A stretch of 64,000 nucleotides of DNA from positions 1,332 to 65,331 of the forward strand of contig JAGGSQ010000069.1 in assembly GCA_021159015.1 (NCBI GenBank). The letters are read 5' to 3'. Positions 46,045 to 55,086 of this stretch are shown here, piece after piece. The DNA is from Candidatus Omnitrophota bacterium (GTDB lineage: Bacteria > Omnitrophota > Gorgyraeia > Duberdicusellales > Duberdicusellaceae). How positions within the stretch are numbered: the first letter of the stretch is position 1; each line of letters starts with the position of its first letter. A model generated the notes under the pieces. It was given only the letters and a program-made list of their open reading frames with translations, ran no database searches and had not been told where the DNA came from. The translations under genes were made by a program, and so were the position numbers.

Positions 46045-47480
46045 CTTAGCTGTGGCTGGCGGGCCGCTTTAGCTTCATCTAAACGCCCCACAGGCGTGGT
46101 ATGAGGAGCTTCTTTCACCAGTTGTGGGTTATCAACCGCTTCTTTAGCAATAGCCTCCATAACGCCAGCGAATTCATCTAAAATTTGTTTGCTTTCTGTT
46201 TCCGTCGGCTCAATCATCAGAGCCTCCTTCACAATAAGAGGGAAATAAACGGTAGGAGGGTGAACGCCGTAATCAATCAGCCTTTTAGCTATATCAAAAG
46301 TCCTCACATTTGTAGTTTTGTTCTTCAGCCCGGCAAAAACTACCTCGTGCCAGCACGGTTTATCTGTAGCGGGTTCATAATAATTTTTTAACTTCTCCTT
46401 CAGATAATTGGCATTTAGCACCGCATGCTCTGCTACTCTCAAGAGCCCTTCTTTTCCTAAACGCAATAAATAGGCAAAAGCCTTAACCATTACGGGGATA
46501 TTGCCGTAAAAGGAACGTACGCGCCCAATAGAATTAGGCAGTTTATATTCTAGATAAAACCTATCCTCGCTTTTACCTATTAGGGGTAAGGGTAAGAATT
46601 CCTTCAATTTTCCTCTCGCTCCTACGGGGCCTCCACCCGGCCCCCCTCCGCCATGAGGTGTAGCAAAAGTTTTATGCAAATTGATGTGCATAATATCAAA
46701 TCCCATATCTGAAATTCTCACCTTGCCCAAAAGAGGATTAAGATTAGCCCCATCGTAATAGAGCAGGCCGCCTTGCTTATGAACTATTTCTGCCATATCC
46801 CATATTTTCTCTTCAAACAGCCCTAAAGTATTAGGATTGGTAAGCATCAGGGCCGCAGTACGAGAACCGCAGATTCTGCTTAATGCATCTATATCCACAA
46901 GTCCTTCTTGGCTGCTTTTTATAGTTACGACTTTAAACCCAGCTAAAGTGGCGGAAGCCGGATTTGTGCCATGACTGGAATCAGGTACGATAACTTCTTG
47001 GCGTAAGAAATCTTTCCTCTGCAAAAAAAACTTTTTTATCATTAGCATACCGCTTAACTCTCCTGCTGCCCCTGCTGCCGGCTGAAAGCTAAAATGCTCC
47101 ATTCCCGTAATCTCCACCAAAACTTTCTCTAATAAATACAACAGCTCCAACATCCCCTGCACATCTTCTTCCTCCTGATAGGGATGCAGTTGAGAAAAAC
47201 CCCTCTCTTCTGCGGCTAATTCATTCATCTTAGGATTATACTTCATGGTGCAAGAACCGAGGGGATAGAAGTTTTTATCCACAGAAAAATTCATCTCCGC
47301 TAAACGGCTGTAATGTCTTACCACATCTAGTTCCGAGAGCTGAGGGAAGTATAATTTCTCCTTTCGCTTTAACTCCGCAGGAAGAAAATCTTCCCATAAG
47401 TACCTGGGTACATCATCTTTACTAAAACTAAAACCTCTGCGGCCTGCTACGTTCTTTTCAAAAATCAATTTTTTCTTCAT
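46023..47480 (-). CDS. gcvPB: glycine dehydrogenase (decarboxylating) subunit 2
   Basis: PLP-lysine region NLHKTFATPHGGGGPGGGPVG. 485 aa. Confidence 0.9.
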   Translation of the reverse strand: MKKKLIFEKNVAGRRGFSFSKDDVPRYLWEDFLPAELKRKEKLYFPQLSELDVVRHYSRLAEMNFSVDKNFYPLGSCTMKYNPKMNELAAEERGFSQLHPYQEEEDVQGMLELLYLLEKVLVEITGMEHFSFQPAAGAAGELSGMLMIKKFFLQRKDFLRQEVIVPDSSHGTNPASATLAGFKVVTIKSSQEGLVDIDALSRICGSRTAALMLTNPNTLGLFEEKIWDMAEIVHKQGGLLYYDGANLNPLLGKVRISDMGFDIMHINLHKTFATPHGGGGPGGGPVGARGKLKEFLPLPLIGKSEDRFYLEYKLPNSIGRVRSFYGNIPVMVKAFAYLLRLGKEGLLRVAEHAVLNANYLKEKLKNYYEPATDKPCWHEVVFAGLKNKTTNVRTFDIAKRLIDYGVHPPTVYFPLIVKEALMIEPTETESKQILDEFAGVMEAIAKEAVDNPQLVKEAPHTTPVGRLDEAKAARQPQLRWVPPSA

Positions 47481-48817
47481 ATAAGTTTTTCTAATGTCTG
47501 GACAAAACTGTCTAAGTCTTTCTTGCTCTTATCGCCATCTACAAAAACCAGGAGGCAATTTTCTAATTGAGGATATAACTTGCCCAATTTGACGCCAGCC
47601 AATATGCGATGCTTCTTCATTTCTTTCCCTACTTGCTCTAAATGAGGAATTTTCACTACAAACTCCCCCCAAAAATGTGACCCAAATACTTCCTGGACCA
47701 GTTTTTTGCTTACCAATTGTTCATAGAGATAGTGGGCGCGGGAGAAAATTCGTTCGGCGAGCGCCTTAATGCCCTGTTCTCCCAAAAGGGAAAGGTATAC
47801 ACTGCAGGCTAAAGCATTAAGAGATTGATTGGAACAGATATTAGAAGTAGCTTTCTCCCTTCTTATATGCTGCTCACGCGCCTGCAGAGTTAAAACAAAA
47901 CCTTCCTCCCCTTTTTTGTCCGTGGTGCGGCCGACAATACGTCCGGGAATTTTACGCAGGAATTCTTGCCGCGTGGCTATAAAACCAAAAGTCTCCCCTC
48001 CCCAATATGCTCTCTGCCCCAGAATTTGCCCTTCACCACACACAATATCTACTTCATAATAAGAAAGAGGTTGCACTAAAGAAAGAAAAAGAGGATTAGC
48101 TACCACTATAACCAAGGCATTATGTTTGTGGGCTAAAGTAGTTATCGTTTTTATATCTTCTACTAACCCAAAGAAATTAGGCAAAGCTACCACTACAGCG
48201 CTTACGTCGTCATTAAGGTTCATTTCTAACTCTGGCAGCAAAATTTTACCTTCCTTATCCCATTTTAATTCTTCTATATCTATTTCTATCCCGGCCGTAT
48301 AAGTTTTCACCACCTGGCGGTACTCAGGATGGAGACTGCGTCCTAATAATACTTTTTTTCTCTTATTGATGCGCCGGGCCATAAGAATACTTTCCGCCAC
48401 AGCAGAAGCCCCATCATATAAGGAAGCAGACGTAACATCCATTCCTGTAAGCAGACAAATATAACTTTGATATTCATATATCGCCTGTAGCGTGCCCTGC
48501 GAAGCTTCGGCTTGATAAGGAGTATAACTGGTATAAAACCCTCCCTGCTGCAAAATGGCCTTGAGAGCGGCAGGGACAAAATGAGGATAAACACCGCCGC
48601 CTAAAAAAGAGTTATATGCGTCGAGGTTTTTGTTTTTAGCCGCAAGTTGTTTTATAAAATCTAAGGCTTCCTTTTCTGAAAGTCCTCTATCTAAATTTAG
48701 TTCCTTCCTCAAGCGCAAATCTACAGGTAAAGTTTCAAAAAGTTGGCACAGACTTTTTTTGCCTATGGTCTCAAGCATTTCTTGCCTTTCCTTAGGAGTA
48801 TGAGGGATATAAGGCAT
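47477..48817 (-). CDS. gcvPA: glycine dehydrogenase (decarboxylating) subunit 1
   Basis: GcvP N-terminal subunit signatures (YTPYQAE...SQGTLQ). 446 aa. Overlaps gcvPB by 4 nt. Confidence 0.9.
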   Translation of the reverse strand: MPYIPHTPKERQEMLETIGKKSLCQLFETLPVDLRLRKELNLDRGLSEKEALDFIKQLAAKNKNLDAYNSFLGGGVYPHFVPAALKAILQQGGFYTSYTPYQAEASQGTLQAIYEYQSYICLLTGMDVTSASLYDGASAVAESILMARRINKRKKVLLGRSLHPEYRQVVKTYTAGIEIDIEELKWDKEGKILLPELEMNLNDDVSAVVVALPNFFGLVEDIKTITTLAHKHNALVIVVANPLFLSLVQPLSYYEVDIVCGEGQILGQRAYWGGETFGFIATRQEFLRKIPGRIVGRTTDKKGEEGFVLTLQAREQHIRREKATSNICSNQSLNALACSVYLSLLGEQGIKALAERIFSRAHYLYEQLVSKKLVQEVFGSHFWGEFVVKIPHLEQVGKEMKKHRILAGVKLGKLYPQLENCLLVFVDGDKSKKDLDSFVQTLEKLI

Positions 48818-49194
48818 TAGTGTTCCTGGGCAATAAAACTACGGTAATCCTGAGGAGAAAGTAGTTCTTCCAGTTGAGTTTTATCCTCTATCTCTATTTC
48901 CACCAGCCATCCTTCTCCTTCGGGATCTTGATTGACCAGCGCCGGATTATCGATAACCGCCTGATTAACCGCAACTATCTTCCCTGCCAGAGGCAGAAAA
49001 AGTTCACTCACCGATTTAGTAGATTCAATCGTCCCGAACTGTTCGGCTTTATGAAACTCCTTCCCAACATCAGGAAGCTCCAAAAAAACAATATCTCCCA
49101 ATTCCTTCTGAGCATAATCACTAACCCCTACACGCGCCCGACTGCCTTCTTGCACTTCCACCCATTCATGACTCTTAGAATAAAGCTTAGCCAT
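48817..49194 (-). CDS. gcvH: glycine cleavage system H protein (lipoyl carrier)
   Basis: The lipoyl-lysine motif ESTKSVSELF. 125 aa. Confidence 0.9.
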   Translation of the reverse strand: MAKLYSKSHEWVEVQEGSRARVGVSDYAQKELGDIVFLELPDVGKEFHKAEQFGTIESTKSVSELFLPLAGKIVAVNQAVIDNPALVNQDPEGEGWLVEIEIEDKTQLEELLSPQDYRSFIAQEH

Positions 49195-50298
49195 TTAGCC
49201 CTCCTTTTTCACTCCTAATTTCAGAAAGGGAAATTTCTTAGTGAGAGCTAGATAAGGTTTATTTCTTATCTTAATAAATACCTCTTTTCCCTCCACAGCA
49301 TACTCACTATCTAAAAAACCATTCCCAATAAACTGAGCTAAATTAGGCGAATAAACCCCGCTCTTCACTACCCCCAGTTCCTGTCCCGCCGCATCCAAAA
49401 TAGGATAACCACTCCGAGCAAAACCCCTCTCTTTCATTACAAACCCAAAGCGACGGCGTCTTATCTTACATTTTAACTTTTCTAAAGAAGAGCGACCGAT
49501 AAAATCTTTATACTCCAATTTCACTGCCCAGCCCAACCCTGCCTCATAGGGGTTTGTTTCCTCATCCATATCTGTTCCATAAAGAGGATATCCTGCTTCC
49601 AAGCGGAGGATATCTCGCGCCCCCAGCCCGCAAAGAGCTAGATGGTAGTTACGGCCTACCTCTTGCAGGCGTTGCCAAAGCCGGCGGGCAAACTCATTTT
49701 CCACCCATATCTCAAAGCCGTCTTCACCGCTGTAACCGCTACGGGAGATAAGGAGAGAACCAAAATCGGAATAATAAAATACCCCACAGCTCATATAAGA
49801 AAGCGTCAAGACCGAGCTATCCAAGGTCTGCTCTAAAATAGGGGCGGCGGCCTTACCTTGCAAAGCCAAAAGAGCATAGAAACTAGCTTTATCCTCTATT
49901 GCTACCTCAAACTTTTCCCCCTGCACCCTAAGCCAGCTAAAGTCTTTAGAGGCACAAGCGGCATTAACTACTAATAGAAAATAACTGCCTAAGTTATACA
50001 CCATAACATCGTCGATTATGCCGCCCCTCTCGTTTAATAAAAGATTGTACTGCATTCTCCCTCTCTGGAGGCTAGCAATGTCGTTGCTACAAAGATACTG
50101 CAAAAACTTCTCCGCTTGAGCTCCCTTTATTTCTATCTTGCCCATATGGGAGACATCAAATAAACCTGCCGTCTTGCGTACTTGAGTTGCCTCTTTAAGC
50201 ATACTCGTATATTCTAGGGGCATAGACCAACCCGCAAAATCAACGAGTTTTGCTCCCTGGTTTATATGCTCAGGATATAAAGGGGTTTGAAACAACAT
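49195..50298 (-). CDS. gcvT: glycine cleavage system aminomethyltransferase T
   Basis: N-terminal FDVSHMGK and a folate-binding domain. 367 aa. Confidence 0.9.
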   Translation of the reverse strand: MLFQTPLYPEHINQGAKLVDFAGWSMPLEYTSMLKEATQVRKTAGLFDVSHMGKIEIKGAQAEKFLQYLCSNDIASLQRGRMQYNLLLNERGGIIDDVMVYNLGSYFLLVVNAACASKDFSWLRVQGEKFEVAIEDKASFYALLALQGKAAAPILEQTLDSSVLTLSYMSCGVFYYSDFGSLLISRSGYSGEDGFEIWVENEFARRLWQRLQEVGRNYHLALCGLGARDILRLEAGYPLYGTDMDEETNPYEAGLGWAVKLEYKDFIGRSSLEKLKCKIRRRRFGFVMKERGFARSGYPILDAAGQELGVVKSGVYSPNLAQFIGNGFLDSEYAVEGKEVFIKIRNKPYLALTKKFPFLKLGVKKEG

Positions 50299-50383
50299 AT
50301 ATTGTAAAAGGTTTGCCGCTTAAGAAAAGATATTTTATCACCAAAAACACTTTTTTCCAGATGTTTCCTCTTTTTTATAAAAA

Positions 50384-50410
50384 ATCCCCACGCTAGAATA
50401 ACGTGGGGAT
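50384..50410 (-). terminator. rho-independent terminator hairpin between the RRM-protein gene and gcvT
   Basis: Perfect 9-bp stem ATCCCCACG/CGTGGGGAT with loop CTAGAATAA. On the minus strand it is followed by TTTTTATAAAAAA, and on the plus strand by TTTAAA. Confidence 0.6.
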
Positions 50411-50436
50411 TTTAAACTGCCGTCTATACTTGCCGT

Positions 50437-50736
50437 CTACCGAAATCTGTCGCCAGAATTATAGCGAGGGCGAGAGTTTGTATCGCGCTTGCGCGCCTTG
50501 CTCACTTTAAGTTTGCGCCCATTTAAATCCTGTCCATCCAAAGCATCTATAGCTTGCTGCACTTGCTCGTCGGTCTCAAATTCCGCAAAACCAAAGCCTT
50601 TAGAGCGGCCGCTAAATTTATCTTTAATAATTTTAAGGTCCTTTATCTGGATACCTTTCCCCTCAATCACCTTCTGCAAATCATCTTCTGTTACACCATA
50701 TTCCAAGTTACCTATATAGACTTTCTTTTCTTCCAT
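50437..50736 (-). CDS. RRM-domain RNA-binding protein
   Basis: RNP-2 KVYIGNL and RNP-1 KGFGFAEF, with an R/G-rich C-terminus. AAGGAG RBS. Confidence 0.85.
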   Translation of the reverse strand: MEEKKVYIGNLEYGVTEDDLQKVIEGKGIQIKDLKIIKDKFSGRSKGFGFAEFETDEQVQQAIDALDGQDLNGRKLKVSKARKRDTNSRPRYNSGDRFR

Positions 50737-50938
50737 TTCTTTCTCCTTTTATCAGAATCACCAAACACTACAAAAACCTTTTCTTCCTTTTACTCTCTAC
50801 ATTAATCCTCCTTCTTAGAAACTCTCTAAATCTAGCCCTAAGATTTTTGTCTTTCGGGCCCTCTATTCCGCAGCTACGCCCTCTCTCTGGCTCAGAGAAG
50901 AGAGGTGCTGTAAAGACTCTTTTTCAAAGAACCAAGCG

Positions 50939-50967
50939 ATTATACACCGCCTCCTGCATTTTGCCAA
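50939..50967 (-). promoter_or_regulatory. near-consensus sigma70 promoter (TTGGCA-17-TATAAT) for the RRM-protein gene, implying a ~195-nt 5' UTR
   Basis: Minus-strand read: TTGGCA AAATGCAGGAGGCGGTG TATAAT. The -35 is at 50962-50967 and the -10 at 50939-50944. It sits just downstream of the era stop. Confidence 0.5.
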
Positions 50968-50980
50968 GAAAAACTTAAAA

Positions 50981-51898
50981 TTAAATGTTAAGGCCCAATT
51001 GGCGTAGAATACGTAGGTTACTACTCCAACGGGCGAGAATTTTTACCTTCAAGTCCAGAAAAACTTTCTTAGCCAAAATTTTTTCTATCTGAGGACGACT
51101 CCTTATACCCACTTCTTTTATCAAGTTGCCCTTTTTGCCCAGAACAATTGCTTTCTGAGAAGCACGGTTTACATACACAACAGCTCTTATATAAACCCTG
51201 TCATTCTGAGAAGAAATTTCATCTACGTAAACCGCTAAATCATGTGGTACTTCCTTGGCCAAGCGTCGAAAAAATGCTTCGCGGATAATATCAGCTATCC
51301 TAAGTTCTAAAGGAAAATCTACTCTGTCTGGGGTAGGATAATAAGCTTGTTGAGGGGGCAAAATTTCTACTAAGGCTTCCTGGAGTGCTGCTAAATTGTC
51401 GCCGCGCCGCGCCGAAATAGGAATGAAATATTTTACCAGAGGATATTTGTCCTGGGCTAATTCTCGCCAAAGTTCTAAGTAGTCACTCAGGTATCTTTTG
51501 CTCAGGTCTATTTTATTTAAAGCCATAATAAGAGGAGCGTCTTGCTGCAGAAGAATCTTTACTATGGCTCTTTCTTCTCGCTGTGGCATGCGACTTACAT
51601 CAACCACGTAAACCACCGCATCTATCCCCTCCAGAGCCTGCCGTGCTGCTTGGTTAAGATAATGGCAAAGCTTATGCCGGAACAGATGAAAACCAGGTAC
51701 ATCTACAAATACTACTTGAGCCTGAGGCAGATTGAGTATGGCTCTGACTAAATACCGCGTAGTCTGAGGAACGGAAGAAACAATACTAACTTTTTCTCCT
51801 ACTAAGGCGTTTACTAGCGTTGACTTACCTACATTAGGCCGGCCAAATAAAGTTACAAAACCACAACGAAATTTGCTCTTATCTTCCATCCGTGGCAA
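50981..51898 (-). CDS. era: GTPase Era
   Basis: G1 GRPNVGKSTLVNAL, G3 DVPG, G4 NKID, and a C-terminal KH domain. 305 aa. Confidence 0.9.
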   Translation of the reverse strand: MPRMEDKSKFRCGFVTLFGRPNVGKSTLVNALVGEKVSIVSSVPQTTRYLVRAILNLPQAQVVFVDVPGFHLFRHKLCHYLNQAARQALEGIDAVVYVVDVSRMPQREERAIVKILLQQDAPLIMALNKIDLSKRYLSDYLELWRELAQDKYPLVKYFIPISARRGDNLAALQEALVEILPPQQAYYPTPDRVDFPLELRIADIIREAFFRRLAKEVPHDLAVYVDEISSQNDRVYIRAVVYVNRASQKAIVLGKKGNLIKEVGIRSRPQIEKILAKKVFLDLKVKILARWSSNLRILRQLGLNI

Positions 51899-53015
51899 TA
51901 TCGAGAAGTTCTAAAAAATCCTTAAGTACGTTTACACCCTTAATAAGATTTGCTACTCTGACATACTCATCTTTAGTATGCTCTTGACCACAAGTAGCAA
52001 AACCAAATATTGCCGTAGGAATCCGGCGACGTAGGAGAAAACTCATAACCGTGGCACCACGGATAGTTTTCAGTCTAGGCCGTAGATAGTTCTTTACTAA
52101 ACTACTCTTAAGTATCCTTATTAAGACCGTATCTTTACTAGTTAAAGCCGGCTCCTGGTAAGCTAGTATCTTAAAGTGTACGGCGGCACGGCTGAGACGA
52201 ATAGCTTTTTTTACCAGTTGCAAAGCCCTGGCTTTAGTCCAGCCAAAAGGAAGACGTAAATCTACCTGCACCAAGCAGCTTTCTGCTACCATGTTCACTT
52301 TCTCTCCTCCCTGAATCCATCCACAGTTAAAAGTAAGGGATGAAGGCTGAGCGGGAGGAAGAAGCTTTATTAACTCTTGCATCTTGCGAATAAAAAGTGC
52401 CGCTTTATGAATGGCGTTGGCCCCTTTTTCAGGATAAGCCGCATGGGCTTTTTTACCTTGGAATTCCAATTCTATATGAAGCACTCCTTTCTGGCCAAAG
52501 ATTATCTCAAAATCACACCCGTCCAGAATCAAAGCATAATCCAGAGCAGGAAGCTCTTTCACTAAAGGCAAAAAGCCTGCCTTACTGCCACTTTCTTCGT
52601 CAGCCGTGGCAACCCAAAGCACATCTATATTTTTCATCCCCCCTTTCGCTTTTAATTCTTTGAGTACCTGCAGAGAAACGGCCAAATTTGACTTGCAGTC
52701 ACTGGCTCCCCGTCCGTAAAGGCGCCCTTTGACAATTTTGCCTCCAAAAGGGTCGTGTTGCCAGTGGTTACCGGCCGGAACCGTATCCAGATGAGGAGAG
52801 ATAAGTATGGTCTTTTTGCGACTTTGGGAATTCAGGCGGCAAAGTATATTGGGACGCCCTTTCACATACTCCTTCTTCTGAGGCCTAAGACCTGCTTCTT
52901 TTAAGAAGTCCGCGATAAAAGCAACTATTTCCTTCTCGCGTCCGGGAGGGTTCTCGGAATTAATCTGCACTAGCTTTTGCGCTAGCTCTACTACTTCTTC
53001 ATTCTTGCTGTCCAT
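51879..53015 (-). CDS. M20-family metallopeptidase (ArgE/DapE-like deacylase)
   Basis: SPHLDTVPAG, GRGASDCKSNLA and ATADEESG metal-binding motifs. 378 aa. Confidence 0.8.
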   Translation of the reverse strand: MDSKNEEVVELAQKLVQINSENPPGREKEIVAFIADFLKEAGLRPQKKEYVKGRPNILCRLNSQSRKKTILISPHLDTVPAGNHWQHDPFGGKIVKGRLYGRGASDCKSNLAVSLQVLKELKAKGGMKNIDVLWVATADEESGSKAGFLPLVKELPALDYALILDGCDFEIIFGQKGVLHIELEFQGKKAHAAYPEKGANAIHKAALFIRKMQELIKLLPPAQPSSLTFNCGWIQGGEKVNMVAESCLVQVDLRLPFGWTKARALQLVKKAIRLSRAAVHFKILAYQEPALTSKDTVLIRILKSSLVKNYLRPRLKTIRGATVMSFLLRRRIPTAIFGFATCGQEHTKDEYVRVANLIKGVNVLKDFLELLDIATDGR

Positions 53016-55086
53016 AGAATTTCTTCAGGCTACAAGCTCTAACGCTGAAATTAAGCGGGTTGTATCCATAATAACTCAGGATATAATAGGCATTACCGGC
53101 AATACATCCGGTACGGTCTCCCTGAGGAGTACGCCAGCCATGCCCCGTATCTACATTAGCTTGCGAAGCATAAACCAATACTCCCCGCCCCAGGCCCACA
53201 GGAGAAGGGGAGCTAACAACCATCTTCTTTAACTCGTTAAAATAGAAACGCGCCAGTTTAAAGTAATAATTATAGCGTTCCAGGTCTCCTTTCTCTTTAT
53301 AAAAAGCGGCCATAATTTCAAAGGCAAGAATCATTTGAGATGTCCATTCAGAAGAAACTACGCCGCCGCGGGCTAAATTTTGACTTTTGGCAAAATCAAA
53401 TCCTTCTAACTCTACCTCTCCTTCGGGACGATGAAAAGAGGTTTTAACATGGCAGTTCTCCAAAGCAAAACTCATTATCTCATCTATATCCATACCCAAC
53501 AACAGCAATTTCTCTGGCCCAATGGCAGTAATAGACCAAGCATAAGTATCCGTAGCAATAGTAGCATCTCCTTTACCTCTGTTAACAGGGATACTCTGGC
53601 GGGAGTAAGCATATTTCTTCAGCCAAGCCAAAATACGTTCTGCCTGGTGAAGATAACGTACCTGATGCGTAATGAGATACAAGTCAGAAAAAAAAGCATA
53701 AGCATCAAGATTATGCTCGGTAGAATACCATTCTACGTTTGGCCCTCCCCTAATACCTCCTTCCTTGTCTTGCAGAGAAGTGATAAATTGTGCTACACCT
53801 AAGGCAATAGGAAGATATTTTTTATTGCCAGTAGCCTTTATAAAATTAAGGCTAGCTAACCCTATCCAGATATTAGGACCCGCATGCGCAATATACTCAC
53901 ATATGCCACCCTCCGAGGCATAATAAGCGTTTAGATAACCTCGACGATAAAGAGAGGCTTTTTTAAGATAGAACTCTAAAATTCTCTCAGCCGCAGGATA
54001 ATTCTTCATAATAGTAAACACAATCGCCGCCAGAGCCTGGTCATAAGTAAAAGCCCGGTCAGCCAAATTCTTGTCTCCTTCAAAGCTAGCAATTAGACCT
54101 GTACGCAGATTCTGATGCACCCTTATCCACTCGTACATATCTTCTATACTCACTTGTTCTGTCTGGGCCAGCCTCAAGTCGGCTTTAATCGCAGCGGCGG
54201 CTGTCTTTTTCTGCGCGGCAGAGGCTTTGGATAAGGCAAGGGTTAACTTTTTATTCTCTTTACTCAGGCGTTGTAATTCTTTCTGGAGCTCGGCTATTTT
54301 CTTCTCCGCCTTAATCTTTTTCTCTTGAATAGCTGACATCTCTTTCTGAGTCTGATTAAGCATTTTCTCAGACTGCAAGGCGCGGCGGTACTCGTTCTGC
54401 CAAAATCCTAACTTATGCCGAATCAGCTTAAATCTCTCCTCCTGCCGCTGTAAATGTTCACGCAGCAAATTCACCGCTGTCTTCTTTCTATTTAATTCTT
54501 CCTGTTGCAAGGCCGCAGCCTGGTTTGCTTCTAAAAGCTCCTGTACGTATCGCTGATGCAAATGTATCAATTTATGATTTTCTTGCCAGACTAAAAAACT
54601 AAAGATAAGACTGGTAGTAATTACTAGCGGGACAAATAAATTTAATATTCTCTTCAGGCGACCCTGCTTGACTAATTTTCGCCCTAAAGCTCCATAATTT
54701 GAATCGAACTTTATCCCTAAATAAAACTTAGCTTCTCGCTCCAGCCGTCCACCAGTTTCTTTCCACACTACTACTCCCCGGCCGTACATCTTCTGGGCAG
54801 AAAAGGGGCGATTAATATACAACTCCATACGGCTCTTCCCTGCGGCTATCCTCTGCCAAACTCCTAAAGGAATTAGCTCGGAAAGTACACAAATCCCTTC
54901 CTTAGCTACATCGTGAGAAAATCCCCCTATCCAATCCGAAAGTAGCTCTCCTTCCTCATCTAGAAAGCGAAAGCGTAGAGGGAAAATAGTATTTACACGT
55001 AAATATTTTCTTCGATTTCTAATTCTGGCTTGCAACATAGCGGTAGATTTTTCTAATCCTCTCGGCCAGAGGAGGATGAGTAGCAA
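52999..55086 (-). CDS. multidomain protein: PilZ-like N-terminus, TM, long coiled coil, and a C-terminal (alpha/alpha)6-barrel glycoside-hydrolase-like domain
   Basis: RNRRKYLRV (RRxxxR) and HDVAKEG (a degenerate DxSxxG). Q/E/K-rich heptad region from ~180 to 300. C-terminal ~380 aa has W/Y-rich helix-hairpin repeats (WYSTEHNLDAYAFF, DTYAWSI, NAYYI). Confidence 0.6.
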   Translation of the reverse strand: MLLILLWPRGLEKSTAMLQARIRNRRKYLRVNTIFPLRFRFLDEEGELLSDWIGGFSHDVAKEGICVLSELIPLGVWQRIAAGKSRMELYINRPFSAQKMYGRGVVVWKETGGRLEREAKFYLGIKFDSNYGALGRKLVKQGRLKRILNLFVPLVITTSLIFSFLVWQENHKLIHLHQRYVQELLEANQAAALQQEELNRKKTAVNLLREHLQRQEERFKLIRHKLGFWQNEYRRALQSEKMLNQTQKEMSAIQEKKIKAEKKIAELQKELQRLSKENKKLTLALSKASAAQKKTAAAAIKADLRLAQTEQVSIEDMYEWIRVHQNLRTGLIASFEGDKNLADRAFTYDQALAAIVFTIMKNYPAAERILEFYLKKASLYRRGYLNAYYASEGGICEYIAHAGPNIWIGLASLNFIKATGNKKYLPIALGVAQFITSLQDKEGGIRGGPNVEWYSTEHNLDAYAFFSDLYLITHQVRYLHQAERILAWLKKYAYSRQSIPVNRGKGDATIATDTYAWSITAIGPEKLLLLGMDIDEIMSFALENCHVKTSFHRPEGEVELEGFDFAKSQNLARGGVVSSEWTSQMILAFEIMAAFYKEKGDLERYNYYFKLARFYFNELKKMVVSSPSPVGLGRGVLVYASQANVDTGHGWRTPQGDRTGCIAGNAYYILSYYGYNPLNFSVRACSLKKFYGQQE

